The notes: generated by a model not told the origin, from the letters alone. Shown: positions 43,889 through 52,703, counted from the first letter of the stretch. The stretch is DNA of 64,000 bases from Terriglobales bacterium (GCA_037442635.1 JBBIPV010000011.1:11636-75635), one strand, 5' to 3'. Numbers and translations are program-made.

Positions 43889-44476
43889 TTGAGTAGGTTC
43901 GCTTGGCTCAGGGTCGTATGCGCGCTGTTCGTACTTGCGGGCCTGGCCCGCGGGCAGGAAGTTAACGTTGCTGTCGGCGGCAGCACGCTTTTCTCTACCA
44001 AGTCTTTGAGCGCCTCACAGGCTTATGTTCCCCCGCCGGAGAAAGGTGGAACCTATCCGAGCCTGAGCGCGGAGGTCATCGGAGATCGTTTCGGCCTGAG
44101 CGCCGAGATGGCGTTCCGCTACCACAAGGGACTGTACGATGGCTATCAGTACTATCGCCCTGTTTTGTATGACGTCAACGTGGTGTTCGCGCCGCAACTT
44201 GCCCACAAAGCGGTCGGCGATTTCATGGCGGGCGTGGGCGCGCAAACCACCCTCTTCTACGACCAGTTTGGCGTCTGTCAGACGGCGGTCTGTGCCAACA
44301 AAGTGAATAGCACGCATTTACTGATTCACGGTGGGGCAGGCGTCCGTTACTACTTCTTCCGGAAGTTCTTTGTTCGCCCGGAGGCGAACTACTACCGGGT
44401 GATCCACAACGACTTCCACTCGGGGAATGTGTTGCGGCTGGGAGCCTCGGTCGGCTACACGTTCGGATCCAAATAG
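43889..44476 (+). CDS. outer-membrane beta-barrel protein (paralog 2)
   Basis: Signal peptide MSRFAWLRVVCALFVLAGLARGQE. Shares GG(T/L)YP(S/T)(L/I)SA(E/D)VI, YYRP(V/I)L(Y/F)D and FVRPEA motifs with paralog 1. Confidence 0.65.
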   Translation: MSRFAWLRVVCALFVLAGLARGQEVNVAVGGSTLFSTKSLSASQAYVPPPEKGGTYPSLSAEVIGDRFGLSAEMAFRYHKGLYDGYQYYRPVLYDVNVVFAPQLAHKAVGDFMAGVGAQTTLFYDQFGVCQTAVCANKVNSTHLLIHGGAGVRYYFFRKFFVRPEANYYRVIHNDFHSGNVLRLGASVGYTFGSK

Positions 44477-44489
44477 TCTGCGGTGTTGG

Positions 44490-44526
44490 AAAAGGGCAGC
44501 GTCCAAAACGGACGCTGCCTTTTTTC
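44490..44526. terminator. bidirectional intrinsic terminator between convergent genes
   Basis: aaaa gggcagcgtcc aaaac ggacgctgcc tttttt. Confidence 0.7.
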
Positions 44527-44538
44527 CTAGGGCAAAGC

Positions 44539-44847
44539 TTATTTCATCCCCATGCAGATTTCAGCTTCGTGAATGGCCTGGTCCAGGTGTTCGATGGACT
44601 TCACACGGTGACCGTCGAAGTCGTGTTCGGCGATTTCCAGTTGATGTTTGGCGGCCCGCATGTGCTCGATGGCCTCGTCAATGTGCGGGTGTTTTTCCGG
44701 CATCGCGGCGGCTGCAGGGGCAGCGGGAGCGGCGGCTGCAGGAGCGGGAGTGGCAGGCGCCTTGGGCCCGGCGGCGGCCGCCGGGAAGGCGAGCGTGAGC
44801 AACAGGCTGGCCGTGATCAGCAAACTCAGAAACCCAATCTTCTTCAT
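44539..44847 (-). CDS. small secreted His-rich protein (possible metal-binding, SmbP-like)
   Basis: AGGAGG SD and signal peptide MKKIGFLSLLITASLLL. Ala/Pro linker, then H-x3-H-type helices (HPHIDEAIEHMRAAKHQLEIAEHDFDGH...IEHLDQAIHEAE). Confidence 0.5.
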   Translation of the reverse strand: MKKIGFLSLLITASLLLTLAFPAAAAGPKAPATPAPAAAAPAAPAAAAMPEKHPHIDEAIEHMRAAKHQLEIAEHDFDGHRVKSIEHLDQAIHEAEICMGMK

Positions 44848-45006
44848 GTATCCTCCTAGTCCGACTTCCGGCTCGGACACAACCGGTGATTCCTGCGGCC
44901 ACGGGCTGGCTCACCCCAGAGCGAGATCCTCCGCGACCCGCGCACAGTATAGCCGCCTGCCTGCCTTCCTGCGCTTGTGCAAAAGTTGCTTTCGCGGATA
45001 CCCCCT

Positions 45007-45609
45007 TCAAGTCTGGTGCCGGTTTCTCGACCACAGGAAAAACATGATCAGCAGAACGAGAATGACCACGGCGGTGTCGAACCTTCGGACGTCTCGCACC
45101 AGCCGTCCCCAGTGCCGTCCGAAAAGGTATCCGGCGCTGGAAATCGCCGACACCCACAGCACCGCGCCCAGAAGGTTGAAGAGGAGGAACTTCCTCCAGG
45201 GCATTCGTAAGACTCCGGCTAAGGGTCCGGTGATGATGCGCATACCGAAGACGAAGCGGGCAAAGAAAACCGTCAATGCGCCGTAGCGCGCGAAGAGAGC
45301 CTCGCCGCGCGCGAGGCTCTGGGTTCGGATGCGGAAGACGGACTGGTACCGGTTCAACAGCGGACGCCCACCGTAGTAGCCGATGATAAAGCCCAGATTG
45401 TCACCGAGCGTGGCCGCGACGGTTGCCACCACGATGATCCATGAGAGTTGCAGTTCGTGCTGGGAATAGGCGAGGAAGCTGGCCAGCAGCAGGATGGTTT
45501 CACCCGGTACGGGGATCCCGGCATTTTCCAGCAACAGGGCCGCCGCTACGGCCCAGTACCCGTAATGCACCACCGCATTCCGCAGCAGTTCGAGAATGGA
45601 GTGGGTCAT
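45007..45609 (-). CDS. DedA family membrane protein
   Basis: ENAGIPVPGETILL and LARFVFGMR motifs are typical of DedA/SNARE-associated proteins. Confidence 0.8.
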   Translation of the reverse strand: MTHSILELLRNAVVHYGYWAVAAALLLENAGIPVPGETILLLASFLAYSQHELQLSWIIVVATVAATLGDNLGFIIGYYGGRPLLNRYQSVFRIRTQSLARGEALFARYGALTVFFARFVFGMRIITGPLAGVLRMPWRKFLLFNLLGAVLWVSAISSAGYLFGRHWGRLVRDVRRFDTAVVILVLLIMFFLWSRNRHQT

Positions 45610-45676
45610 GGTTGAAGGAATCAGGGACCGGGGATCGGTTTACCTGGTACCGGCGGTTTCTGACGGCCCCTGACCC

Positions 45677-46630
45677 TTAGGCCCCATCTGATACCAAAAA
45701 CTCAATCAGCGCCCGATTAAATTCGTCGGGGCACTCCTCATACGGCAAATGTCCAATGCCGGGAAACACAACCGTCTGCACGTTCCGGAAATGCCGGGCC
45801 AGCGGTTCCATGGACGATGCATAGACGGCTGGATCCATGCTGCCCCACATCAGCAGCGTCGGAATCGGCGCCAGACGGGGCAACAGCGCTTCCAGTTCCC
45901 GGAGATCGGCGGTCCAGGTCTGAACAATGCTCAGTGCGTGTTCGAACAATCCGGGCTTGGCCAGGGGCGCCTTGTAACCTTCCAGGCTGCCGGGAGGAAT
46001 CTTGCCGCGGTCGGCGTACAGGCGAGCGTGAAAGTACATATGAAGAAACGGCATGCGGTTCATCGCGAAGCGAAACATAGCTGCCCCCGGAGGTGTACCG
46101 AAAAACGGGGCTAGCCGCTTGCCGTGAGCCGAGTACGGATTCACCGGACAAACCAGCACCAGACGCCGGAGTTTTCTCTGCTGGGCGCTGACGCACTCTG
46201 CGGCAGCACACATCGCCACCGCCCCCCCGCGGGACGTGCCCAGCAGGTCGAATGAGGAGAGTCCGAGATTGGCCACAAACCGGAGCACACGCCGCGCGGT
46301 GGCGCGCATGGAGTGATCAACTCTGGGCCGGTCGGAAAATCCGGCACCGAGCAGATCGGGGGCGTAGACGGTGAAGTGCGGGGCCAGCGCAGGCATCACA
46401 TAGCGCCAGGAAAACGAATAGCCGAGCAGGCCATGCAGAAGAATCACCGCGGGTCCCGACCCGGCGCGGAGATAACGCATGCGCGCGCCATCGAAGTCCA
46501 TCCAGCATTCTTCGACGCCGGCGCCCACGCCGATCCGGACGCCGGCCGGAGTCGGTTGCGGTGCGCGGCCGGGAGGCGCGTCCATCCGGACGGCGTTGTC
46601 TTTGATGTCGCTCGTTTGAAGTTCCGTCAT
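45677..46630 (-). CDS. alpha/beta hydrolase
   Basis: VILLHGLLGYSFSW oxyanion region, GTSRGG nucleophile elbow and a C-terminal GH motif (GIGHLPYEE). An alternative GTG start at 46762 overlaps the argD stop. Confidence 0.7.
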   Translation of the reverse strand: MTELQTSDIKDNAVRMDAPPGRAPQPTPAGVRIGVGAGVEECWMDFDGARMRYLRAGSGPAVILLHGLLGYSFSWRYVMPALAPHFTVYAPDLLGAGFSDRPRVDHSMRATARRVLRFVANLGLSSFDLLGTSRGGAVAMCAAAECVSAQQRKLRRLVLVCPVNPYSAHGKRLAPFFGTPPGAAMFRFAMNRMPFLHMYFHARLYADRGKIPPGSLEGYKAPLAKPGLFEHALSIVQTWTADLRELEALLPRLAPIPTLLMWGSMDPAVYASSMEPLARHFRNVQTVVFPGIGHLPYEECPDEFNRALIEFLVSDGA

Positions 46631-46758
46631 GGGAAGACGTGCTGAGAATCTTTCCGCCACCAGGACAACTTTTTCAGGCTGCGCGGATTCTATGTAATTG
46701 AAATAAAGTCTCTGTCGCTTCGCTTGGGGAGCCTTGTGCTCCCCGCTTTTTTTTCGAC

Positions 46759-47967
46759 TCACGCTGCCGCTTTCTGGCGCTTCCCCAGCAGCTTCTTCAG
46801 CACGCGAATGCCCTTGTCCACATGCTTCTCTTCCAGCAAGAACGGGGGTAGGAAGCGCACCACCGTGTCTTGCGTGGCGTTAAAGAGCACGCCCTCGGCC
46901 AGCCCCGCATCCACAATGGGGCGAGCCGGAATCTCCAGCTGAATTCCCTGGATGAAACCGCGCCCGCGCACGCCGATGGCGGCCGCACGCTTCTCCACGA
47001 TGGCGTGCAGTTCGTGCTGCAGATACGCACCGACCTTGTTGACGTTGTCCAGAAGTCTTTCTTCTTCCACGATCGCCAGGAACTCCAGCGCGATGCGACA
47101 GGCGAGCGGGCCGCCGCCGAAGGTCGTGCCATGCTGACCGGGCGAGATCGCGGAGGCGAACTCCTCTTTCGCGATGAATGCGCCCAGCGGAAGGCCTGCC
47201 GCGATCGGCTTGGCGATGGCCACGATGTCGGGCGTCACGCCGAAACTCTGGAAGGCAAAAATGGTTCCCGTACGCCCCAGGCCGCACTGGATTTCGTCGA
47301 AGATGAGCGCGGCGCGATGGCGGTCGGCGAGGGCGCGGCATTCGCCGAGAAACTCCGGCGAGCACTCGTAGATTCCGCCTTCGCCGAAAATCGGCTCGAG
47401 GACGATGGCGCAGGTGTTGTCGCTGACCGCCGAACGCAGTCCCTCGACATCGTTTTGCTTGACGAAGGTGACGCCTTCCAGCATGGGCTCGAAACCTTTG
47501 CGATGCTTGTCCTGCCCGGTCAGGGAGAGCGCGCCGAATGTGCGCCCGTGATAAGAGCCTTCGAGCGCCACCAACCGGCATTTCGCGTCGCCGCCGGCGC
47601 GATGTCCCGCCAGGCGGGCAAGCTTGATCGAGCCTTCGATGGCTTCGGTCCCGCTGTTGGAGAAGAACGCGCGGTTGAGTCCTGAAAGCGAGCAAAGCTT
47701 TTCCGCCAGCGGGCCCTGATATTCGTGGTAGTAAAGATTCGAAACATGGATCAGCTTCGCCGCCTGGTCGCGAATCGCCTTGACGATGCGCGGATGCGCG
47801 TGCCCCAGCGCATTCACGCCCAGCCCGGAGACGAAATCGAGATAGCGCTTGCCTTCGATGTCATACAGAAAGACGCCCTTGCCGCGGGCCAGCACGATGG
47901 GGTAACGGTTATAAGTGTGCAGTAAATACTTCTTTTCCAGTTCCGCTGTCTGCTCAAGGGTATTCAT
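46759..47967 (-). CDS. argD: acetylornithine / class-III aminotransferase ArgD
   Basis: SGTEAIEGSIKLAR and DEIQCGLGRTG motifs, and a PLP lysine context (AIAKPIAAG). Confidence 0.85.
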   Translation of the reverse strand: MNTLEQTAELEKKYLLHTYNRYPIVLARGKGVFLYDIEGKRYLDFVSGLGVNALGHAHPRIVKAIRDQAAKLIHVSNLYYHEYQGPLAEKLCSLSGLNRAFFSNSGTEAIEGSIKLARLAGHRAGGDAKCRLVALEGSYHGRTFGALSLTGQDKHRKGFEPMLEGVTFVKQNDVEGLRSAVSDNTCAIVLEPIFGEGGIYECSPEFLGECRALADRHRAALIFDEIQCGLGRTGTIFAFQSFGVTPDIVAIAKPIAAGLPLGAFIAKEEFASAISPGQHGTTFGGGPLACRIALEFLAIVEEERLLDNVNKVGAYLQHELHAIVEKRAAAIGVRGRGFIQGIQLEIPARPIVDAGLAEGVLFNATQDTVVRFLPPFLLEEKHVDKGIRVLKKLLGKRQKAAA

Positions 47968-48118
47968 ATCCTCTCGATTCTACCGGAAGGCACTGTGGAA
48001 ACGGGCCAACCGTGGCTCGCCCGCGAGAAGCGGTCGCGAGGGAACCCGGTCGTGCACTTCCCTATCGTGGGCATTTACTCCCATCATTTCAATAGCTCGG
48101 CCATAGAAAGCTCCCCCA

Positions 48119-49084
48119 ATGCTCCCAGAACGACGCAGCCATGTGCGGCACAAAGTACAGGGACCGCTGTTCGCCAGCTTTGACGGCGTGACCGGCGGCA
48201 TGATCCTCGACCTCAGCGAACAGGGCATGTCCATGAAGACCGTGGTGCCCGTGGAGACCGATCAGCAGGTTCGGTTGCGCGTTGGCCTGCCTGATTATGA
48301 CGTTCTGGAAACGACCGGCTACGTTGCCTGGGCCGACGCCCTGGGCCGCGCCGGGGTACGATTTTCCGAGTTGCCGCCGGAAGCGCGGCAGCGACTCGAT
48401 CAGTGGCTCGCGGCGAACGATCAAGCGCCCAACCGCCGGGCGCCGAAGATCACTTTGGACCGCGTAGTTGGACCGGGACGAGCCGTTACGTCAGGCGGAA
48501 ATGGCGCAGCCAACACACCATCCATCAGCCTGGAAGCGGGCAGTCTGGAAGCCGGCGGCGACGGTCGTGGCGCCTGGCCAGAGGTGTCGAACACGGTGCA
48601 GTATGAGTTTCACTCGCTGGGTTCGGACCTGAACAATGCGTTGCGCATCATCAGCGAACGCGCACTGACCCTGTTGCGCGGCGCCGGCGCCGCCATTGCG
48701 CTCAGCGATCTGGGCTCGAGGATGCCGAGAGGCATGCTGTGCCGGGCCAGCGTGGGAACGGGTGGCCCTCCGCTTGGAACTCACGTGGATGTGAATGCAG
48801 GATTCACCGGCGAGTGTGTCCGCACCGGCAAGGCTCTGCGCTGTGACAATGCGGAAACCGACTCCCGGGTCGCGCCCGAAGTCTGCCGCCGGCTCGGCAT
48901 TCGCTCGATGGTGGCCGCGCCCATCCGCTATGAGCGTCAGGTCATCGGATTGGTAGAGGTGTTTTCGCCTCACAGCTTTGCCTTTGATGAGGGAGACCTG
49001 GCCATTCTGGAGCGCCTGGCCCAGACCGCGCTGTTCACGGCGAATCAACATTTCTACTCCAACGATCTTGGCCATCTCCCCTAG
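48119..49084 (+). CDS. PilZ-GAF two-domain protein
   Basis: N-terminus RRSHVRHKV...DLSEQGMSM (PilZ RxxxR and DxSxxG). C-terminal GAF-like segment (GFTGECVRTGKALRCDN...VAAPIRYERQVIGLVEVF). Confidence 0.7.
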   Translation: MLPERRSHVRHKVQGPLFASFDGVTGGMILDLSEQGMSMKTVVPVETDQQVRLRVGLPDYDVLETTGYVAWADALGRAGVRFSELPPEARQRLDQWLAANDQAPNRRAPKITLDRVVGPGRAVTSGGNGAANTPSISLEAGSLEAGGDGRGAWPEVSNTVQYEFHSLGSDLNNALRIISERALTLLRGAGAAIALSDLGSRMPRGMLCRASVGTGGPPLGTHVDVNAGFTGECVRTGKALRCDNAETDSRVAPEVCRRLGIRSMVAAPIRYERQVIGLVEVFSPHSFAFDEGDLAILERLAQTALFTANQHFYSNDLGHLP

Positions 49085-49231
49085 GTGTGATCCAAGGACG
49101 TGTGCAGCTAGAGCAGATAAGTTTCGGTTCTTTGACCTGCTCCACTCGATCCCGGTAAGATTGCCCCCACCTCGGACGCCCACAGCACACTGGGGACCCA
49201 GACTTCAGCCTGCACGGAGAGAGAACTCACG

Positions 49232-50857
49232 ATGAGAAGAGCCTTCGTTGCCGTCATCACGCTTACGATCATCACTTTCACGATCGCCCCGGGGGCGATG
49301 TCGTCGCATGCCCAAGCCAAAGACGACGGGCCTGCAACCAAGACCGATTCCGCCAAGACCGGCGCTTTCAAGCCGGAACAACAGGCGAGCAAGGGATCGG
49401 TCACGATCGCCGGCAAGGCGATTGCGTATGACGCGTTTGCCGGCACCATCGTCGTGCATGCGAAAGGTTGGGACGACGTTCCGGAGAACCAGGAGAAGGA
49501 CGATAAGAATCTTCCGGCCGAAGCCAGCATGTTTTATGCCGCCTATTTCAAGTCCGGCGAGCAGGCCGCGTCGCGCCCGCTCGTCTTCTTTTACAACGGC
49601 GGTCCCGGTTCCTCGACGGTCTGGCTGCACATGGGAGCGTTTGGACCAAAGCGAGTGGTCACTGCCGACGATTCCCACACTCCGGCGGCGCCTTATCCGA
49701 TCGTGAATAACGACTACAGCCTGCTCGACGCGGCCGACCTCGTGTTTATTGATGCGCCCGGAGCGGGCTTCAGCCGCATCGCCGGAAAGGATCGGGAAAA
49801 GGCCTTCTACGGCCTGGATGCGGATGCCGACGCCTTCGCCGATTTCATTTCGCAATTCCTGGCGAAATACGGCCGCTGGAATTCACCAAAGTACCTGTTC
49901 GGGGAAAGCTACGGCACCACGCGCTCGGCGGCGTTGATCAATGTGCTCGAAACGGCCCGCGACATTGACGTCAACGGAGTGATCCTGCTCTCGCAGTGCC
50001 TGAACTACGATGTTTACTCGGACTGGCCGCAGCTCAATCCCGGGGTTGATCTGTCGTATCAACTGGCGCTGCCGACCTACGCGGCGACTGCCTGGTATCA
50101 CCACAAGCTGCCCGCCGACGCTCCCAAAGACCTGGCGCCGCTGCTGGAAGAGGTCGAGCACTTCGCCATGACCGAGTACGCGGTGGCGCTGGGCGCCGGA
50201 TCGTCGCTGCCGCCCGACCAGCGCCAGGCGGTGGTGGCGAAACTTCACCGGTATACGGGCTTGCCGGCTGACTACATCGAGAAGTCGGACCTGCGCGTGA
50301 ATGGGGGACAATTCGAGAAAACGCTCCAGCTAGACAGCGATATCACGATGGGCCGGCTCGACACACGCTTCTCCGGGCCGACGTTGGACCCACTCAGCCG
50401 GGAAGCGGAATACGATCCGCAGGCCGCGGCCATCGGCTCGGCCTACGTCACCGCGCTGAACGACTATGTGCGCAAGGATCTGAAATTCGGCGAAAATCGG
50501 GAGTACAAACCGTTGATTGATGTGGAGAAGAACTGGAATTTTCTGCATCAGCCGCCGGGAGCTCCCATCCCGCTGCCGCAGGCTCCTAACGTTATGGTGG
50601 ATCTTGCCGGCGCCATGAAATATAACCCCAACCTGAAAATCCTGGTCAACGGCGGCTATTTCGATCTGGCAACGCCGTTTTTTGAGGGCGTTTACGAAAT
50701 GGAGCACTTACCGATTCCGGCGAAGTTGCAGAAGAACATCGCGTTCAAGTTTTATGAGTCCGGGCACATGGTTTACGCCCACGAGGCCTCGCTGAAAGAA
50801 TTGCATAACAACGTGGCGGCGTTCATTTTGGGGACGGGGAATTCGAAAACCAAGTAA
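49232..50857 (+). CDS. S10-family serine carboxypeptidase, secreted
   Basis: Signal peptide and a GESYG(T) active-site serine motif (FGESYGTTRSA). Confidence 0.8.
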   Translation: MRRAFVAVITLTIITFTIAPGAMSSHAQAKDDGPATKTDSAKTGAFKPEQQASKGSVTIAGKAIAYDAFAGTIVVHAKGWDDVPENQEKDDKNLPAEASMFYAAYFKSGEQAASRPLVFFYNGGPGSSTVWLHMGAFGPKRVVTADDSHTPAAPYPIVNNDYSLLDAADLVFIDAPGAGFSRIAGKDREKAFYGLDADADAFADFISQFLAKYGRWNSPKYLFGESYGTTRSAALINVLETARDIDVNGVILLSQCLNYDVYSDWPQLNPGVDLSYQLALPTYAATAWYHHKLPADAPKDLAPLLEEVEHFAMTEYAVALGAGSSLPPDQRQAVVAKLHRYTGLPADYIEKSDLRVNGGQFEKTLQLDSDITMGRLDTRFSGPTLDPLSREAEYDPQAAAIGSAYVTALNDYVRKDLKFGENREYKPLIDVEKNWNFLHQPPGAPIPLPQAPNVMVDLAGAMKYNPNLKILVNGGYFDLATPFFEGVYEMEHLPIPAKLQKNIAFKFYESGHMVYAHEASLKELHNNVAAFILGTGNSKTK

Positions 50858-50862
50858 GGACG

Positions 50863-50925
50863 CTAGTACAGCGGCGGCTGTCCCTCGGGCCGGGTCTTCC
50901 AGCGGCGGTGCACAGGAGCCCATTT
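50863..50925 (-). pseudogene. relic copy of the 3' end of the LpxL-like acyltransferase gene
   Basis: Translates ...KWAPVHRRWKTRPEGQPPLY*, compared with ...EQWLWVHRRWKTRPEGERGLY* at the intact gene end (51720-51785). Core DNA matches 25/27 nt. Confidence 0.55.
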
Positions 50926-50937
50926 CGGGAAAGAAAG

Positions 50938-51575
50938 GCGTCCCAAGGACGCTCGATAGTAGCCCGGCGTTTCAACGCCGGGTAGGCTGGTGTATGCATG
51001 ATACCGTCCCGTAGGGACGGCTGAAATCGTTCTGGAGCCGCCATGCCGCACACGTACGTTTCGGAACTGATCCATTGTGTCTTTTCCACGAAGGAACGCC
51101 GCAATCTGATTCCGGCAGCTGTGCAATCTGATCTTTGGGCGTTCATTGGAGGCGTAGCTCGCAAGAACGGATTTAGAGCGCTCATCGTAGGTGGCACCGA
51201 GAATCACGTGCATATCCTCTTGTCACTGCCCGCAACTTTGCCGCTCGCCAAAGCGATGCAACTGGTGAAAGGAGCGTCTTCTCACTGGATGAACGAGACG
51301 TTCAAGGGCGAGTTCGCCTGGCAGGAGGGATATGGCGCCTTCAGCTTGGGAGTCTCACAGAAAGCTGACACAATCGCGTATATCCAGAAACAAGGTGAAC
51401 ATCATCGCCAGCGCAATTTTGAGGAAGAGTTCTTGGTGTTCTTGAAGAAAAACGGCGTGGAATATGATCCAACACACGTCTGGGGATAGGTTCAGGCATC
51501 CCTACGGGATGCTCAGAATTGCCGGGCCTGCCCGGCGTTGAAACGCCGGGCTATTTTCGGGCGCCCCGCGCGGGG
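50938..51575 (+). mobile_element. REP-RAYT unit: Y1 transposase gene flanked by inverted REP hairpin pairs
   Basis: Left: GTAG + cccggcgTTTCAAcgccggg (50959-82) and ccgtcccGTAgggacgg (51004-20). Right, in inverted orientation: gcatcccTACgggatgc (51496-512) and cccggcgTTGAAAcgccggg (51531-50). Confidence 0.65.
51043..51489 (+). CDS. IS200/IS605-family Y1 (HUH) transposase, REP-associated (RAYT-like)
   Basis: 148 aa. HUH motif HVHILL and the typical N-terminus HCVFSTKERR. Has a conserved Tyr region. No tnpB partner. Confidence 0.8.
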   Translation: MPHTYVSELIHCVFSTKERRNLIPAAVQSDLWAFIGGVARKNGFRALIVGGTENHVHILLSLPATLPLAKAMQLVKGASSHWMNETFKGEFAWQEGYGAFSLGVSQKADTIAYIQKQGEHHRQRNFEEEFLVFLKKNGVEYDPTHVWG

Positions 51576-51615
51576 ATGCAGAATCCTGAGACCGTCACAA
51601 GAGGACAGCAGAAGT

Positions 51616-51685
51616 CAGAGGTCTGAGGTCTGCGGTCTGAGGTCTGCGCTCTGAGGTCTGCGGTCTGAGGTCTGCGCTCTGAATC
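51616..51685. repeat. heptanucleotide tandem repeat, 10 units (CTGMGST), with a 28-nt higher-order duplication
   Basis: cagaggt ctgaggt ctgcggt ctgaggt ctgcgct ctgaggt ctgcggt ctgaggt ctgcgct ctgaatc. Confidence 0.9.
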
Positions 51686-51719
51686 TGGAAGCCGGAGTAA
51701 AGAAGCCCGCAGCCCTTCT

Positions 51720-52619
51720 TCAATACAGTCCCCTCTCCCCTTCGGGCCGGGTCTTCCAGCGCCGGTGGACCCAGAGCCATTGCTCGGGATACTTGCGCAC
51801 GTATTCTTCGATCACGCTGGTGAATTTCTGGGTGTTGGCCACGATGTCGGCCTCCAGGTCGCCGGTGCGAACTAATTCCACCGCCGGATCAAAGCGCAGG
51901 CGGTACTTCCCCAGCTTCTCGTCCCAGATCGTGAACCCGGGCACTACGGCCGCGTCGGTCCGCAGCGCGATGCGCGCCAGGCCGCTGGCCGTGCAGGCCG
52001 GGATGCCGAAGAAGTTGACGAAGACACCTTGCGGCGGCGTCATGTTTGTGTCCATCAGGATGCCGACCGTTTCCCCCGCTTTCATTGCCGCCAGCAGGCC
52101 ACGCACGAAATCATCCTTGGCTACAGTCTTGTTGCCGTGCATAGTGCGGTAATGCTCGATCAGCCGGTCGAGATAGGGATTGTCCATGGGCCGCATGACC
52201 ACGTGCAGCCAGTGTCCGTGCAGCGAGTGCGCAAAGGCGGAAATCTCCCAGCCACCGAAATGCGCCGTGAGAAACAGTACGCCCTTGCGCCGGGCGTAAG
52301 CTTGCTCGAAGTTCTCCAGGCCGTCGTAGACGACGACCTCCTCAACGTTTTCCCTCGTGTAGCGCGGAAACTGGCACACTTCGGCAAGCTGGCGGCCCAG
52401 TGAAGAAAATTCTCCGCGCAGAATCCGCGTGTGCTCCGCTTTCGTTTTTTCCGGAAATGCCAGGGCCAGATTGCGCATGCCCACACGGCGCAAACGGCCA
52501 TGCAGCAGATAAACCAGCTGCGCCAGGGCGATGGCGAAGGTTCGCGACAGGCTGCGCGGCAACAGACCCAGGATTTTGATGAACGGCCAGGCAGCCGCGT
52601 ATTCCAGTTTTCGCCGCAT
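51720..52619 (-). CDS. LpxL/HtrB-family lipid A (lysophospholipid) acyltransferase
   Basis: LTAHFGGWE (HX4-type acyltransferase motif) and a conserved C-terminus PEQWLWVHRRWK. Confidence 0.8.
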   Translation of the reverse strand: MRRKLEYAAAWPFIKILGLLPRSLSRTFAIALAQLVYLLHGRLRRVGMRNLALAFPEKTKAEHTRILRGEFSSLGRQLAEVCQFPRYTRENVEEVVVYDGLENFEQAYARRKGVLFLTAHFGGWEISAFAHSLHGHWLHVVMRPMDNPYLDRLIEHYRTMHGNKTVAKDDFVRGLLAAMKAGETVGILMDTNMTPPQGVFVNFFGIPACTASGLARIALRTDAAVVPGFTIWDEKLGKYRLRFDPAVELVRTGDLEADIVANTQKFTSVIEEYVRKYPEQWLWVHRRWKTRPEGERGLY

Positions 52620-52626
52620 TAGGGTC

Positions 52627-52700
52627 GTGCTCAGTGGTAGCGGCCAGTAGTCAGTAAGGACTCAATCTTGACTGACCACTGCTCACTGACCACTGACCAC
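52627..52700. repeat. heptanucleotide tandem-repeat palindrome (unit GTGGTCA / TGACCAC) filling the intergenic gap
   Basis: Left arm: gtgctca gtggtag cggccag tagtcag. Right arm: tgaccac tgctcac tgaccac tgaccac. Confidence 0.85.
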
Positions 52701-52703
52701 ATT

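Noticed and set aside
12585-52700. Interpreting the short tandem repeat arrays as CRISPR or as coding repeats.
   Set aside because: The units are 7 nt with no spacers. That is far too short for CRISPR, and no cas genes are present. A 7-nt period is not a multiple of 3, and the arrays lie outside the supported CDS boundaries.
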